A DNA stretch of 64,000 nt, from contig NC_058373.1 of NCBI RefSeq assembly GCF_018350175.1, positions 107,138,001 to 107,202,000 on the forward strand. Reading direction: 5' to 3'. Under the pieces are notes generated by a model. It was not told where the DNA came from and searched no databases. It saw only the letters and a list, made by a program, of their open reading frames with translations. Position 1 is the first letter of the stretch. Every line of letters begins with the position of its first letter. The stretch is from Felis catus (taxonomy: Eukaryota). The position numbers and the translations under genes were made by a program. Shown one piece after another: positions 27,519 through 41,142 of this stretch.

Positions 27519-28008
27519 TTTTTTTTTTTTAAGAGCTTTTTATTGAACAGGTTACAGAAGAGGTTTAGCTAAAAAGACCAAAGCCCATGTCATCATCAGA
27601 CTCCTCAGATTCTTCTTTCTTTGCTTCCACTTTCTTCTCCTCAGCTGGAGCAGCAGTGGTGGAAGAAGCAGGTCCTCCTGCTGGGGCAGATCCATCAGCC
27701 CTTACATTGCAATGAGGCACCCGATGTTGACATTGACCAGGGCCTTTGCAAACAAGCTTAGTCAGAAAGGTTCAACATTTATACCTGCTGCTTGAATGAG
27801 GGCATTGATCTTATCCTCCGTGACTGTCACCTCATCATCATGCTGGATGAGGGCTGAGCAGATGCAGGTGAATTCCTAGACAGAGGCCACGGGCAGGTGA
27901 GTGCTGAGCTGGCACAGTGCTAGTCGCTGGATGAAGTGAGGGCCTCACCCCAAAGCAGCCTTAGCTTCCTCGGAAGGACAGAGCACCTTAGCAGCAGCTG
28001 AGAAAAGG
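27519..28008 (-). pseudogene. RPLP1: Full-length processed pseudogene of 60S acidic ribosomal protein P1
   Basis: Minus strand: 5'TOP CCTTTTCTCAGCTG and an RPLP1-like 5' UTR; start mutated to GTG (27890); (V)[54 protein letters not shown]..., then a frameshift, ...[27 protein letters not shown] (stop 27565-27567). AATAAA at 27539-27544, poly(A) at 27519-27530, TSD ccaacttt at 27514-27521 and 28010-28017. No introns. Confidence 0.97.
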
Positions 28009-28083
28009 CCCAACTTTAAACTTTCTGCAAAAATTATTAAAAATTTTAAATTTCTGCAAAAGTGATTCAAAATAACCCCAGGA

Positions 28084-28300
28084 GGGGCACCTAGGTAGCT
28101 CAGTCGGTTAAACATCTGACTTCAGGTCCGGTCATGATCCCCCTGGTCTGTGAGTTCAAGCCCCATGTCAGGCTCTGTGCTGACAGCTCAGAGCCTGGAG
28201 CCTGCTTTGGATTCTGTGTCACTGCCCCTTCCCCATTCACACTCTGTCTCTCTCTGTCTCTCAAAAATGAATAAACGTTAAAAAATTAAAAAAAAAAAAA
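28084..28300 (+). mobile_element. Can-SINE
   Basis: Typical head, (CT)n and A tail. Confidence 0.9.
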
Positions 28301-29051
28301 GGCTAGATGATTGTCCCTTTCTAAGGGCCTCTTTCCCCCTACCTTCTCCTAGGTAACTAGCATGAAAACAATGCTATGCAATTTTCATGTCCTTCCCAAG
28401 GACCAAACTGGAAGAAACTTCATAAAGCTCTTGATAGACCAAGGTGTGTATTTATTTCTCTTAAAGAGCCATTTCTACCTTCTTGCCCTCAATGGAAATT
28501 ACAAATTGTCCCAATGCTAATATAAGCCCCAGGCTACTGAGTCCATAAGTCACAGAGTCCATTAGAGTGATGCAAAGAAACACTTTTTCCCTAAGCCCCA
28601 AACAGGGAATTTGGCACCAAAACTAAAATTGATGAGATTACATATTTGGTATTGAAGCCAACTCATGGTCATAGCCAAGGGGTCCCTAATTTCCTACCCT
28701 CCTGCAAGATATAGGTACGGCCTCCTTAAGGTAAAAAGCCACCCACCAACTGCCTATGTCACCAATGTATAAAACTCAGTGAGCTCATAATATAAACAGA
28801 GAACTATTTACTATATTCTTGGCACTGGCAAGCTTATAAACAATAGCTCAGTGGAATATTTTTGCATTAGGTTTGTTTCCTGAGTGTGTTTTTCTTATAA
28901 AATCTGCGCTCTTACCCAAAGATTACATTACTCATTAGGCATTACAGCTGTCCTTGTGACCTAAAATCAAAGGGGTGTTACCTGGGCATTTTCCCAGATA
29001 ATGACCAGCCATTCTTGGGTTGAGGTACGGGAAAGTTTTTGTGTACAGCAT

Positions 29052-29065
29052 CCAGCAGGTGGCAC
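29052..29065 (+). promoter_or_regulatory. CTCF core motif
   Basis: CCAGCAGGTGGCAC matches CCASYAGRKGGCRS at all 14 positions, in non-repetitive-looking sequence. Confidence 0.6.
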
Positions 29066-29310
29066 TCACATTCAAGGCTACAGGGAGCTTTCCCACTGGC
29101 AGAGAAATCTTTGTTCACAAAAGATTGTTCATTACAGCTCAGTAAATAAATAGTAGACAGATGGCTTCTTAATAAAAGACCATGAATTTCACTCCTAGTG
29201 TCTTCTTAAATGAAGTTTTGACTTTGCATATAAGCAGGAAGCAATTTATGTGGCTTTTTGTGTGTAAAGTAATCCGAGACTGGAAAAATTCCACACTGAA
29301 AATAGAGCTT

Positions 29311-29790
29311 TGTGGACATTATGAACTGAATGTTTGTGCCCCCCAATATTCATTTGTTAAATTCTAATGCCCCAATATGATAGTATGTAGTGGTGGGGCC
29401 TTTGGGAGGTAATTAGGTTACAAAAGTAGAGCTCTCAGGTCACCTGGCTGGCTCAGTCAGTGGAGCAGGCAACTTTTGATTTCAGCGTTGTGAGTTCACA
29501 TCCCACCTTGGGTGTTGAGATTACTTCAAAATAAAATCTTAAAAAAAAAAAAAGAGTAGAGCTCTCATGAATGGGATTAGTTCCTTTATAAGAAGAGGCT
29601 AGCTTCTTATAAACACACATAAGAGCTAGCTTTCTGCTCTGTCTGCCAAGTAAGAACACAGCAAGAAGACAGCCTTTCGGAAAACTGAAATATGGGACTC
29701 ACCGAGAACTTGACCATGTTGGCATCCTGATCACAGCCTTCCAACCTACAGAACTGTGAGAAATAGCTCTTGTTATTTAAGCCACCCTGT
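29311..29790. mobile_element. MaLR LTR (MLT1-like) with a nested short SINE (~29438-29552)
   Basis: tgaactgaatgtttgtgccccc...ggggcctttgggaggtaattagg...agaactgtgagaaat...ttaagccaccctgtctatggtaatttg. SINE TSD aa(a/g)agtagagctctca. Confidence 0.8.
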
Positions 29791-31639
29791 CTATGGTAAT
29801 TTGGTCTAAGATATTTCTGTTATCCCTTGCATAATTTAGCAATATTTGCAATAGAATTAACGAACCATATGTCACTTTGAATATTAAAAAACAAGCCCAA
29901 ACCATTTTGAATAAGAATGAATTAAGCAGAGAAAAACATAAAACAAAAAGATATTCCTTGCTAAATATTCTCATATAACAACAGTGCCTATGGTTGCCAA
30001 ATAATGTTCACGAAGGCCCAGGAATTGTTTTGCAAAAGGGGTGGAATCAGCATGATCATAGACTATGCTTAGGATATATGTACCCTTGGGTCACATGTGG
30101 TAATTATGATTATGAATCCATATCATCTCTTCCTGAATAAGCAAAATCAATAAGCAAAATCAACTACTCTATTACTTTATTAATGTAAGGGGAAGTGCAG
30201 TAAAGTCTTGTTGGCCATACAAGATCAGGTAGACAAATACGACCTAACAATGCAACTCACCACACACTTACTATGTATCACACAATCAAAAACCTGCCAC
30301 ATAAAGCAATGTAACCTCTACAGCAAGCGTGTGAGGCAGGTAGCACAATTATCTCCACTTTGTAGGAAAGGAAAAGAAAGTTTAGAAGCAAATTACGTAA
30401 CCCACGTTAGCTTCATCTCCTCATTGTAAAATGAGAGAAAAAAAAGTATAAGCTATTTTTTAGGGCTGTGAAAATTAAATAAAAGAATCCATGTTTACCC
30501 TTACTTAGCCTTGTAAGAGTAAATCCTAAGTATGTGATTACTAATACTAGTGCTGCTGCTGCTGCTGCTGCTGCTATGATCACTACTACTATTATGTCAT
30601 AAAAGAATACAATGTTACATAATATTATTATACATACTATATAATTATTTCTGATGCATTGTTATAGATTGTATTAATATATATTATAATTTTTATTATG
30701 TTATAGAAGTAGGTATTTGTTCAGAGTCACACAGACAGTATGTGGCAGAGTCAGAATTTGAACTCAGGTCTTTCTGACTCCAGAACTTGAGTGCTCAGAC
30801 TAGAGGAGGCAATGCTTTTGAATGACTAAACCAGGGTAATTCTGAGAGTAAAATAACACTTCTGGAAATAGGAAATTACTTTCTTTTATGGAGAGAATAT
30901 AAGAACCATCATCAGAAAACAGCCATCTCTCCAAGTTTCTCCTTCCAGACCCAAACACACACATGAACAAGCAAGTGCCTTTTCTCCCCAACCCATTCTG
31001 TAGGTTAAGATGACCTTTTATCTTTCTGACTAAAATATGATACCTTAATGGTCATAGAATTACATCCTTCTCAAGGGAGGCGGGTAAGGAACTAAAATTT
31101 AATGAAGAACCATGACTGGTGTAAGCCAGAACTACTCAGCTTTGAGCCAAGGTGACCACACCATAGGATGCATAGCCAAGTCTTGGTCCTGGCTTATCCA
31201 GTATCAGCAACATGACAGAGTGAGCTATAATCCAGGCATTTCAATCACAGTGGTTGGTGGTGCCAAACCATGGCATCGAGGGGCAAGTTCTCCTACTAGT
31301 AACCTTAATAAGCTGGGTGTGATTTTGAATATTTCTTGATAGGATTCTAATCCACCCACCAAGTTCGTTTCATTCATTTGCCATTCTTCTGACTGCCTTG
31401 AAATGCATATGTAAAATTGTTTTGGAGTAGTATATTTTAATATATTACACTGAAACCCCTTTCCTAGTTCATAAGGATAAAATGAATTGATTTAAATTAT
31501 ATTATTTTGGGTTTTGGATTCCCAAGATTTCTGTGTATGTCTATGTTTTAAGCTATCATTTCTTCAATACCTATCATGTATTGGGCATTATGCTTAACAC
31601 TTGAAATACATTTTTGCATCATTTAATCTTCAAGTGTAA

Positions 31640-32400
31640 GCCAGGAGTTCTTAATTTAGGATTAAGTTCAGGGTGTCCATATATTAGATGAAGAAAAGAT
31701 CACATCTATACTTTAATTAACCTCTATTTTTTTAATTAACCTCTAAATAAAATGTAGCATTTCCTTGAATTATCACTGTAGGCAGTAAACCAAGTAGCAT
31801 ATCCATAGTACCTATGTCTTTGTCACCAATAGAAACCACAGATATTTTCAAGTCACATGATAGCTCTTGCAGATATCTCAAAATATGACTTATACTAGGC
31901 ACTTCTTAAAAATTACATTAATTAGGGGTGCCTGGGTGACTCAGCTGGTTAAGTGTCTGACTTCCGCTCAGGTCATGATCTCATCGTGAGTTCAAGCCCC
32001 CCCCCCCGCCCCCCCCCCCCCCCCCCCCCCCCGTCAGGCCCAGTCCTGACAGCTCAGAGCCTGGAGCCTGCTTTAGATTCTGTGTCTCCCTCTCTCTTGG
32101 TCCCTCCCCTGCTCACACTGTCTCTCTCTCTCTCTCTCAAAAATAAATAAACATAAAACTTTTTTTTTAATTACATCAATTATTATTACACCAATTATTG
32201 TTGATTACTATTAGTGTCTAATGGTAATTAATAAAAGATAATATATATTAGTAGCTCACAAATTTGGTAATTTTGTCAAGTATAGTTCTTTATAGCTGAT
32301 TTTAGTGGTATTTATTTAAAAACATTGTTCTCAGAAGGGGTCTGTAGACCTCACAAAACTGTGCCAGGTGTACTTGGTACAAAACAGAGTAAGAATCTCT
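31640..32400. mobile_element. Probable hAT-Charlie-type DNA transposon relic with a nested SINE (~31925-32170)
   Basis: Degenerate terminal inverted ends caggagttcttaa / taagaatctct. SINE TSD aattacat(t/c)aatta. Confidence 0.55.
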
Positions 32401-33305
32401 AGTCAAGGCTAATCACAATAACTCCACTTCCCCCAACCAGTGACTTGTTTATAAATTAGCATATGACCCAATTCTGACCAATCAGGCAAAGAAAAATCTG
32501 TTAAAGGGAGGCTTCCTCTTTCCAGAGTGCTCCAAGAAGAGAAAGTTGCTCTGATCCCTCTGGATGCAGCTGTGCCTAGATAAGATGGCTGGAACAGCTG
32601 CAACCACTTTGCAACTAACCTAGGGAGGACATTAACACACAGAAGATGGTGTCTCCAGGAGGACTGCTGTGAGAAGACTGCCTGGAGGGTCCTGCCTGGA
32701 ACCTGCCCTACTGTTTCAGCCAGTTTGGGTTTGGGTTTCCTGATATTTGCAGCCATATGTACCTTAATTCTGCTGCCACACTTAGAGAAAAAGCCTCTCT
32801 GAGAAGGTAACACTCAAGTGGCAGGAAGGATTAAGCAGAAGAGGGGCGATCCTCAGGGTTAGAGGAAACAATGTCTGCAAAGTCTTTGAAGAGTGAATGA
32901 CTTTGGCTTCTTTGAGACTCTAAAACCTCATAGTACTGAAGTATAGTGACTGAAGGGGAGGGTGAAATGAGAGAAGATTAGCAAAAAAAAAAAAAAAAAA
33001 AAAAAATCATGCAGGGCCTTCCAGGCCACGGTGTGAAGTTGAGACTTTTAAGTGTATTGAGATGCCATTGAAGGACTTGAGGCAAAGAAGTGACAAGATC
33101 CAAGTTCATTCTGGCTGCTGCTGTTTGGAGAATATACTAGAGAGGGAGTATAGCCCTGGGGAGATGTGGGGCTATTGTAGGAATGGATCTAGGTAAGAGA
33201 TGATGATAACCTGGACTCTATAATGGGAATATTAATTGAAACTGTTAATCTCAAAATTTAGTTTGTGGAAGAATCACTTCTTGTATTTGTTTAAAATGCA
33301 GGTAA

Positions 33306-36300
33306 GGGGTGCCTGGGTGGCTCAGTCAGTTAAGCATCCGACTTCATTCAGCTCAGGTCATGATCTCGTGGTTCATGAGTTCTAGCCCCTCGTCATGCTT
33401 TGCACTGCCCATCCTCCCCCTGCACATGTGTTCTCTCTCCCCCCCCCCAAAAAAAACACAAATAAATAAACATTTTTTAAAAAAGAAATGATCTTATCAT
33501 TCTCTGTCCCTTACATTCCTGAACATTATTCCTTCACTCAAAAAACATCTATTAAGCTTCATCTAGGTGCTTGGCCCAGACCTGGGCACTGGTCATACCA
33601 AAATAAATAAAGCATACCCTCTCTTATGATAAATGTTTATCATTTTCCCTATCTTTCCTTGGATGCCATTCATGCTATAAAACGTAGCATTATGGAGAAA
33701 AGGAAGATCACAAAGAGAAATTAGATTCAGTAGAAAATAGAAGCAGGAGAATATTCAAGAACAAGACTTTGGAAAAATATAAACTGATGAGACTGTCCTG
33801 AGATCCTGCATGTGGATCGGGTCTTATTATGAATCACTTACCTGAACCTTAAACAAAGAACAGACAGCCTCTAATATCAGGACAGCATCTGACAACCTGA
33901 GAGTACTCCAGGGACATGTACTGAATACTCAGAAGAGAAAACTATGTGTCTAGATTGTTTTATAAATCACTGGGGTCGAGATTTTCTTGTTGAGGGGAGG
34001 AAGAAACAAAAAGAACTATAATGCCATCTTCTAAAGTTGTCCAAGACAAAGTCCTCAAATCATTGCATGCTGATCCCATCTGAAAGGTAGAAAATCTGAG
34101 AATCCATGAGATATTATTGGGATTTTAGCCCCAGTCCTAGACCCTTTGATGTCTAATATACTTGGCTCTCTAACTCTCTCCTGAATAAGACTAGAAGGGG
34201 TTTATTGTGAGCATAATTACTGTTTCTCCAAATAATACCAGAAATTCTTTACTAAAGGATAAATACTGAGTTGTTTTGAGTAGGCATCAAAGGTTACAAT
34301 AAAGGTTTAAACACTTCTGCCAAGAGCCTTAAAAGCAACAATCATTCAGTAAGTAACAGCCTGTTCTCATGAGTTATCTAGAACCTCAAATTTTTTCCTT
34401 CTCTTCTCTTTAAGTTTGTTTGTTTGTTTGTTTGTTTGTTTGTTTGTTTTTGAGGGAGAGGAAGAGAGAGAGAGAGAGAAAGAGAGAGGGAGGGAGGGAA
34501 GGAGGGAGTATTCATGCATGAACAGGGAGGGGCAGAAAGAGGGAGAGAGAGAATCCCAAACAGGCTCCAAGCCGGGCTTCATCTCACAAACCATGATGAA
34601 ATCATGACGTAGGCTGAAATCAAGAGTCAGATGCTTAACCAACTGAGCCACCCAGATGCCCCTCCTAGCTACCCTGAACTCTTAACAAGTTGACAAACAA
34701 TATGTTAGACAAGTGCAATAAATAAAATTATGTATTGTGTACAAGTTACACTCTCAATAAACTGCCTTTGCTAACATTCTGGGCACAGCAAGGCTTTCAG
34801 GCTGCTGGCATATCTCTGATTTCAAATATAGAAATAAATTTAAAAGTATAAAAATATAGGGTGCCTGGCTGACTCAGTCCATAGAGCATGCAACTCTTGA
34901 TCTTGGGGTCATGAGTTCAAACCCCACTTGGGGACAGAGTTTACTTAAAAAATTTTAAAGATGAAAATAAAATATACAAATATAGAAGTGGAATCCTGGC
35001 AGCCTAAAAGCTTTATTTTACCTTAATAGACATATGGCTTACTAATAGGTGGGGAAAAGAGGATGAGGAGACTGCCTGCCTAATTTAAATTTAAATTTAC
35101 AAACTATTTATAAAATTGCAGCATTTGGCTTGCTAAGTATTTTGCTTTCTGTGCTGCCAAATGGCCAGTTTGACTGGGTTTGGGTAGTTATTGTGTTTTG
35201 TTGGGTTTTTTTTTGTTACAGAATTATGATACTAGCTTTATATAGACACAATCTTACGCACTTGGAAGAATCTGGTTTTAAAACTGTAACTGTAGCTTGT
35301 ACACATGCTTATACTTCCTAACCAATACAACTACAATTGTTCCCAAAAGATACTCTGTTTACATTAGATTTATTTTTCCTGGTTTAATACACAGTTAAAC
35401 ACCCATAAATTCACCAAATCTAGTTAGATAAAAATCTTTCTCTCATTACCTTATGAATATTTACTATGGTTAACACCTTCCTGGGGTGCTCTGGCAGCAT
35501 TTTTGTTTAGGGTTTGTTAATGAAAACCATTCCTAGAAAAAGTCTAGAGTCACATCTAAAGACAAAGATCTTTTTAAAATTTTTTGTAATAAAAATATTT
35601 ATCCTCCAAACATGAGTACTAATGTAGGTGAAAGCAGTCTATACTTTTTTTTTTTTAAGTTTATTTATTTTGAGAAAGAGAGAGGGAGCATGCAATGCAC
35701 CGTCAGTGTGTAGTCCACTCAGGGCTTGAACCCACAAACTGTGAGATCATGACCTGAGCTGAAACCAAGAGTTGGATGCTTAACCCGTGGAGCTATCCAG
35801 GAGCCCCGCCAGTCCATACTTCTGTTATAAAGTATGTGAAGCTACCATGATGCTTTTCTGTGTAATTATGCTTTCCACTTCTCAGGGACAATCTGTCTCA
35901 AAGGGAGTCATTTAGCTACCTGAACAGTTTTCTGTTTCCACCAGCACAGTCTCATCAGGAGAGATTGCGCAGGGAGATAAGGCTATCCTACATACAGCTG
36001 CATCTAGAGTCCAAGGTCAAATCCTACTGTTAAAGCTACATTTGGCTCAAGAATCATTTTGCAGATTGCTCATTTTGTGGATTAACCATAATTCTGCACT
36101 CCTTGTTAGAAAGAAAAGCTCTCTTTATATATAACTGGTCAACTCTTTAAAATAAATGTGACCTCAATTCTATGAATTAGCTAGTGGCCATGGGCAGGTT
36201 GTTTCTGAGACAGCCACTTTTTTTTAAGTTTATTTATTTATTTTGAAAGAGAGACAGAGATAGAACGTAAATGGGGGAGGGGCAGAGAGACAGGGAGAGA

Positions 36301-37515
36301 GAATCTCAAAAAGTCTCTGCTGTCAGTGCAGAGCCCAACTCAGGGCTTGATCCCAGAAACTATGAGAACATGACCCGAACCAAAATCAAGAGTCAGATGC
36401 TCAACCAACTGAGCCACCCAGGTGCCCCTGAGATAGCCACTTTAAATCATACTGCCAGCAGGAGAGAGACCTTCCTGAATGGTGGTTTTCTAACTACCGC
36501 CAAATTCTCAAGGTAGAAAATCGTTCCCATAAGAGTTAAATGTACATCCCTCTACCCTTTCCCTTGCATACATCATAAACAAAGACAGTACCGAGTTTGA
36601 AATCTCATGAGAGGCTTATCGTTTTAAACCTTACTTTTATTATCATTTCTTGCATATACATGGCTACAAATTTCACTTTTTCTAAGATTTCATTCTAGGC
36701 AAATGTTCTCATTTAATTGTAACACTGAGAGCATATCTAAATATTTGGATTCATTTCTGTTGAAAGCAAAGGGGCTAGACGTTTAGCAGAGATCACTGTG
36801 CTGACATGTCTGCTTTCTATATGCAAAGTGATTGGCTCAACCAAGCAGCACAAGTCCAGAAAAGTTCACTCAATCATCTAATCCCTTCTTGCATTACATT
36901 TTTCCATTTTTAAATCTTTGGCTAATTAGAAGCACAACCTTATCATGAAAGAAAAGACGATATTTCCTCTTCTCTTTTTAATCCACCTTCATTCCCAACT
37001 GCAATGTCTCCTCCCACCAGCCTTAATTAACTACCCACTGTTGATGAATGAATCAATCGTTCAATAAAGATAGTGTTTATTTCCATTTGTAAAGACAAGT
37101 GCATCCAATCTACCTGGAATGGTTATGAAAATGAGTGCAAAAGGAAGAGATAATGAAAACAAAAAGAAAACAGGTTTCAAGAGATAACTACAGAAGTCAA
37201 ATTGCTGAGAAAATAAATAAGTTACAGTGTTCTCTGACTTCCCATATGTTATGAAAAACTATGGCCATTAGAAATTCACTACTGAGGGGGGCACCTGAAT
37301 GGCTCAGTAGGTTAAGTGCCTGACTTCAGCTCAGGTCATGATCTTCCGGTTGGTAAGCTGGAGCTCCACATTAGGCTCTGTGCTAAAAGCTCAGAGCCTG
37401 GAGTCTCATTCGGATTCTGTGTCTCCCCCTTTCTCTGCCCCTCCCCAGCTCACACTCTGCTCGCTCTCTCTCTCTCTCTCTCTCTCTCAAAAATAAATAA
37501 ACATTAAGAAAAAAA
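33306..37515. mobile_element. Six further Can-SINEs (~33306-33485 +, ~34385-34662 -, ~34858-34965 +, ~35645-35807 -, ~36218-36428 -, ~37286-37515 +)
   Basis: Recognisable heads and tails; TSDs include tgaga(c/t)agccacttt and cagtc(t/c)atactt. Confidence 0.85.
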
Positions 37516-37736
37516 ATTCACTGCTGGTCTTGTTTATTTTCTCTAAATAGCAGATCCAACATAAGACCTTTTCTGACACTGAGTTGAGACATGGATGCAC
37601 TTTACCTGAGATGGTACTTCATCCTAATAATCCATTGATTTCTATAAAATCCAATAATTGATTCTTTCCTTACTAAAAAAATTTATCAGTCTGGTACTTC
37701 AAATAGATTATATATATATATATAATGTTTGTACTC

Positions 37737-37789
<53 letters not shown>

Positions 37790-37882
37790 TATATCTGTAC
37801 TTGCAGCCATTAATATCATAGTCTCAATAATTTACTAAAAATTTGGAAGTTTGTATGTTTTTCTTCCATAAAAATAATTTGT

Positions 37883-38292
37883 AGGGGCACCTGGGTGACT
37901 CAGTTGGTTAAGTCTGTGTCTTTTTAAAAATTTTTTAAAATATTTTTATTTATTTTGAGACAGAGAGAGACAGAGCATGAGCAGAGAGAGGGAGACACAG
38001 AATTCGAAGCAGGCTCCAGGCTCTGAGCTGTCAGCACAGAGCCTGATGTGGAGCTCAAACTCATGGACTGTGATATCATGACCTGAGCTGAAGTCGGACA
38101 CTTAACCAACTGAGCCATGCAGTAGCCCCAAGCATCTGAGTCTTGATTTCAGCTCAGTTTATGATCTCACAATCCGTGAACTGGAGCCCCAGCATCCAGC
38201 TCTGTGCTGACATCGCGGGGCCTGCTTGGGATTCTCTCTCTCTCTCTCTCTCTCTCTGCCCTTCCCCAGTTCATGAGCTAAATAAATAAATA
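37883..38292. mobile_element. SINE-in-SINE: plus-strand SINE split by an antisense SINE (~37922-38130)
   Basis: The head at 37883-37920 resumes at ~38131; outer TSD aatttgtag; (TA)n at 37708-37795 just upstream. Confidence 0.85.
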
Positions 38293-40874
38293 GAATTTGT
38301 AGATATCACAATTTTTTGTCGAGGCATAAGAGGTTAAGTCAATTGAAATATGTCCAAACAGAGTCTTCAAATCTTCTCAACCATCACCTTAACAGCCATC
38401 CACAAAAAAATACCACACTAAAGTCTAGAACAGGAAGTGAAGAATAAATAGCACTTCCAGTTATGGCTGGAACATAAACGAGCATGGGGAAGTCTTAAAC
38501 TTGAATTTCAGCCAGGATACCAGGATTGTTGATACCATTTCCAAGAGAACTAAAGAATATTAAGGCGAATTATGTGGTCAGAACTTGAGGTTTTCTTTCT
38601 CAGCTAAGAAATATGGCATGTTAGAACTCTCTTCACTCAATGGATGAAAAGATATAATTTCAGCGTTTAACCAGTTGGTATGCTTGGTCAAAGAAAGCCA
38701 ATGCTGGAATTACAAATAATAATCTGCATCAAATTAGCCTTCACAATATAGACTGGCCTGTGAACAAAAAAAAAAGAGTTATAGATTAGGCTCCAGACCT
38801 TCTTACCCACTCTTTAGAAGGGGATGCAATCGCCACAAGAATTTCCCACAGGAAACCACAAACCCCAACACCTCTGGTACCACCTGCATGTCCTTTTGCA
38901 CAAGTATTGGCCCACCCCAACTTTGTTTAATTCTTGAGAGCCAATGGGTATACAACTGTACCAAAAACCACTGAATTTCACAACATAACTTGAGACAAAC
39001 TGAATCTGAAAGGCTATTTTATGGGTATTTTGCCTCCAGTCCTGCAGGTAATACAATCCCCAGTACCCCCACTGGCTAGCAGTATTTGACTCTCCTAATC
39101 CTCATTACCATACTTCTGTTGGCATACTTCTCAAGGGAAGTATGGCTGAGAGCACCAGCAAGGAAAATAAGTCTTTCTTAATCATTTGTGTTGTTCATAA
39201 GAAGTGCAATGGAAGATTAGAATCAACCTTGAGTCTTGTTTGTGAGTTTTGTAAATATCCTCACAAAAATTTGGTACTTTTGTTTTACTATACTTTACCC
39301 ACCTATTTTAGGTAATCTTTCAAATTCAAGTCTTCGTAAGTCCAAAGTCACACAATGATTTGGTTTTTAAAAATGGGAGGTGATCACAAATTATAGTATT
39401 TGTCATATATGTGTTTTTACAGTAAATTTGCCACCATATAATGCTAAAAACTTGAACTTTGAAAAATAGAGTATTTGTATTTCATTTCATTCCTTGTTTA
39501 GCTCAGCTAACTAGTGCTAAAATCTTCAAATTCTATAAGAAGTTTACTTATTTTTCCATTGTTTTTGGCCTTAATCAAAAGGAAAAAAACATGCTTTCAA
39601 AAGTTGAAGGACCAGTCAGGTATCTGAAATTGACCTATAATTAAAATCATAAAATGTCATGCATCATAAAATATACTGAAAACATCTAGCATGTTATCTT
39701 CTGAATACTCCAGGAGGGCTAATTCATTTTAGCTATAACTAATTTCCAGTGGAAAGAAAGTTATATACTTCTGAGCATATTGACAAATAAGTCTTTCAGT
39801 TTCATGGAGGCTAAGTGGTTGAACAGGAAGTACTGCCTCAGCACATATATATCAATCCTTTAGAGAAATTCTAAAATCAAGGGGCCTAGATTTCCACACT
39901 TACTTTATTCCACTATGATACATCTGTAAAGCAGAAATAAGACTCCCCTCTTTATCCAGCCTTCAAGTTCAGTCATATATTTTTTTATTTGAAATGAACT
40001 AAAGCTGATTTAGAGCGGACATGCCTTTTGGAATGCCCTGAGGACTTTCATTTCTTGAATGATATGCTAAAGCTTGGACTCTACCCAAACCTCCTTGAAG
40101 CACCCTCTGCAAAGTTTAATCTAATTTAAATTAACTTATTCCTCAGCATAAAATGCTCTTACTTCTCCTTATTTTTTTGAGTGAGCACATGGACATATTT
40201 TTGTTTCTGAACATGTAGATGCTGAAAAAATTTAGAAAGAAAAATCCCTACATATTTCTTTATTTCAGTCATGTTAAAAGCAGTGACAGAAAGCATGATT
40301 CTGAGAACTCCTGGCCCTGGCACTATGCAAATCATTTCAGCAGCAATAGTTCCTACCAAATGTTTCTCCGATGGCCCTGAACTCTCATTTTTCTGTCCAT
40401 CCCTGTCTGTGTACTGCTTACATTCAAATATTTACTTCGCAAATAAAAGTAATATTAGAACATATATTTGCCAAAAATAAGCATTTGTATGGACAAGTGC
40501 AATTCTGCGTGCATAAGGTTGAGTACATGCATATAACAGAACTTTTTGGTAAATTGCTAAACATTCATCTATTCATCTACCTTGAGGTACCTCTACCTCA
40601 AGGAAATTGTGAGTGTAATATAGGGTTTATTAAACAAACAAACAAAGAGTGTTGAACTCTTCCTGAGTGTTCAGTGAGTGTATAGTGATTGACTACAAAT
40701 TATCAACTTCCCTAAACTAAAAACTTAAATATGTATAGTTTTTAGTTGGCTAGGATAGTTGAAAAAAAAATGAAGATGCTGGAGCAAAAGGTTAAAGAAT
40801 TGAATACAAAATGCTTCTTCCAGTAATGACAATGAAAGCACTGTGAAGGGATTGAGGTATGTGGGGATCCATCC

Positions 40875-40920
40875 TTTTTTTATATATTTATTAAAAATTT
40901 TTAAATGTTTATTTATTTTT

Positions 40921-40955
<35 letters not shown>

Positions 40956-41142
40956 CATGAGTGGGGGAGGAGCAGAGAGAGAGGGAGACATAGAACCTGA
41001 AGCAGGCTCCAGGCTCAGAGCACAGAGCGGTCAGCACAGAGCCCGACATGGGGCTCCAACCCATGAACCGAACCCATGAACCGTGAGATCATGACCTGAG
41101 CTGAAGTCCAGTGTGTAACTGACTAAGCCACCCAGGCACCCC
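40875..41142 (-). mobile_element. Can-SINE (last young TE before the SIX1 domain)
   Basis: TSD tgtg(g/a)ggatccatcctt; internal duplication of cccatgaaccg. Confidence 0.9.

Noticed and set aside
30136..30161. 13-bp tandem duplication aataagcaaaatc
   Set aside because: Ordinary slippage duplication.
108..41142. tRNA-like A/B-box sequences as tRNA genes
   Set aside because: All are heads of Can-SINEs followed by (CT)n and poly-A.
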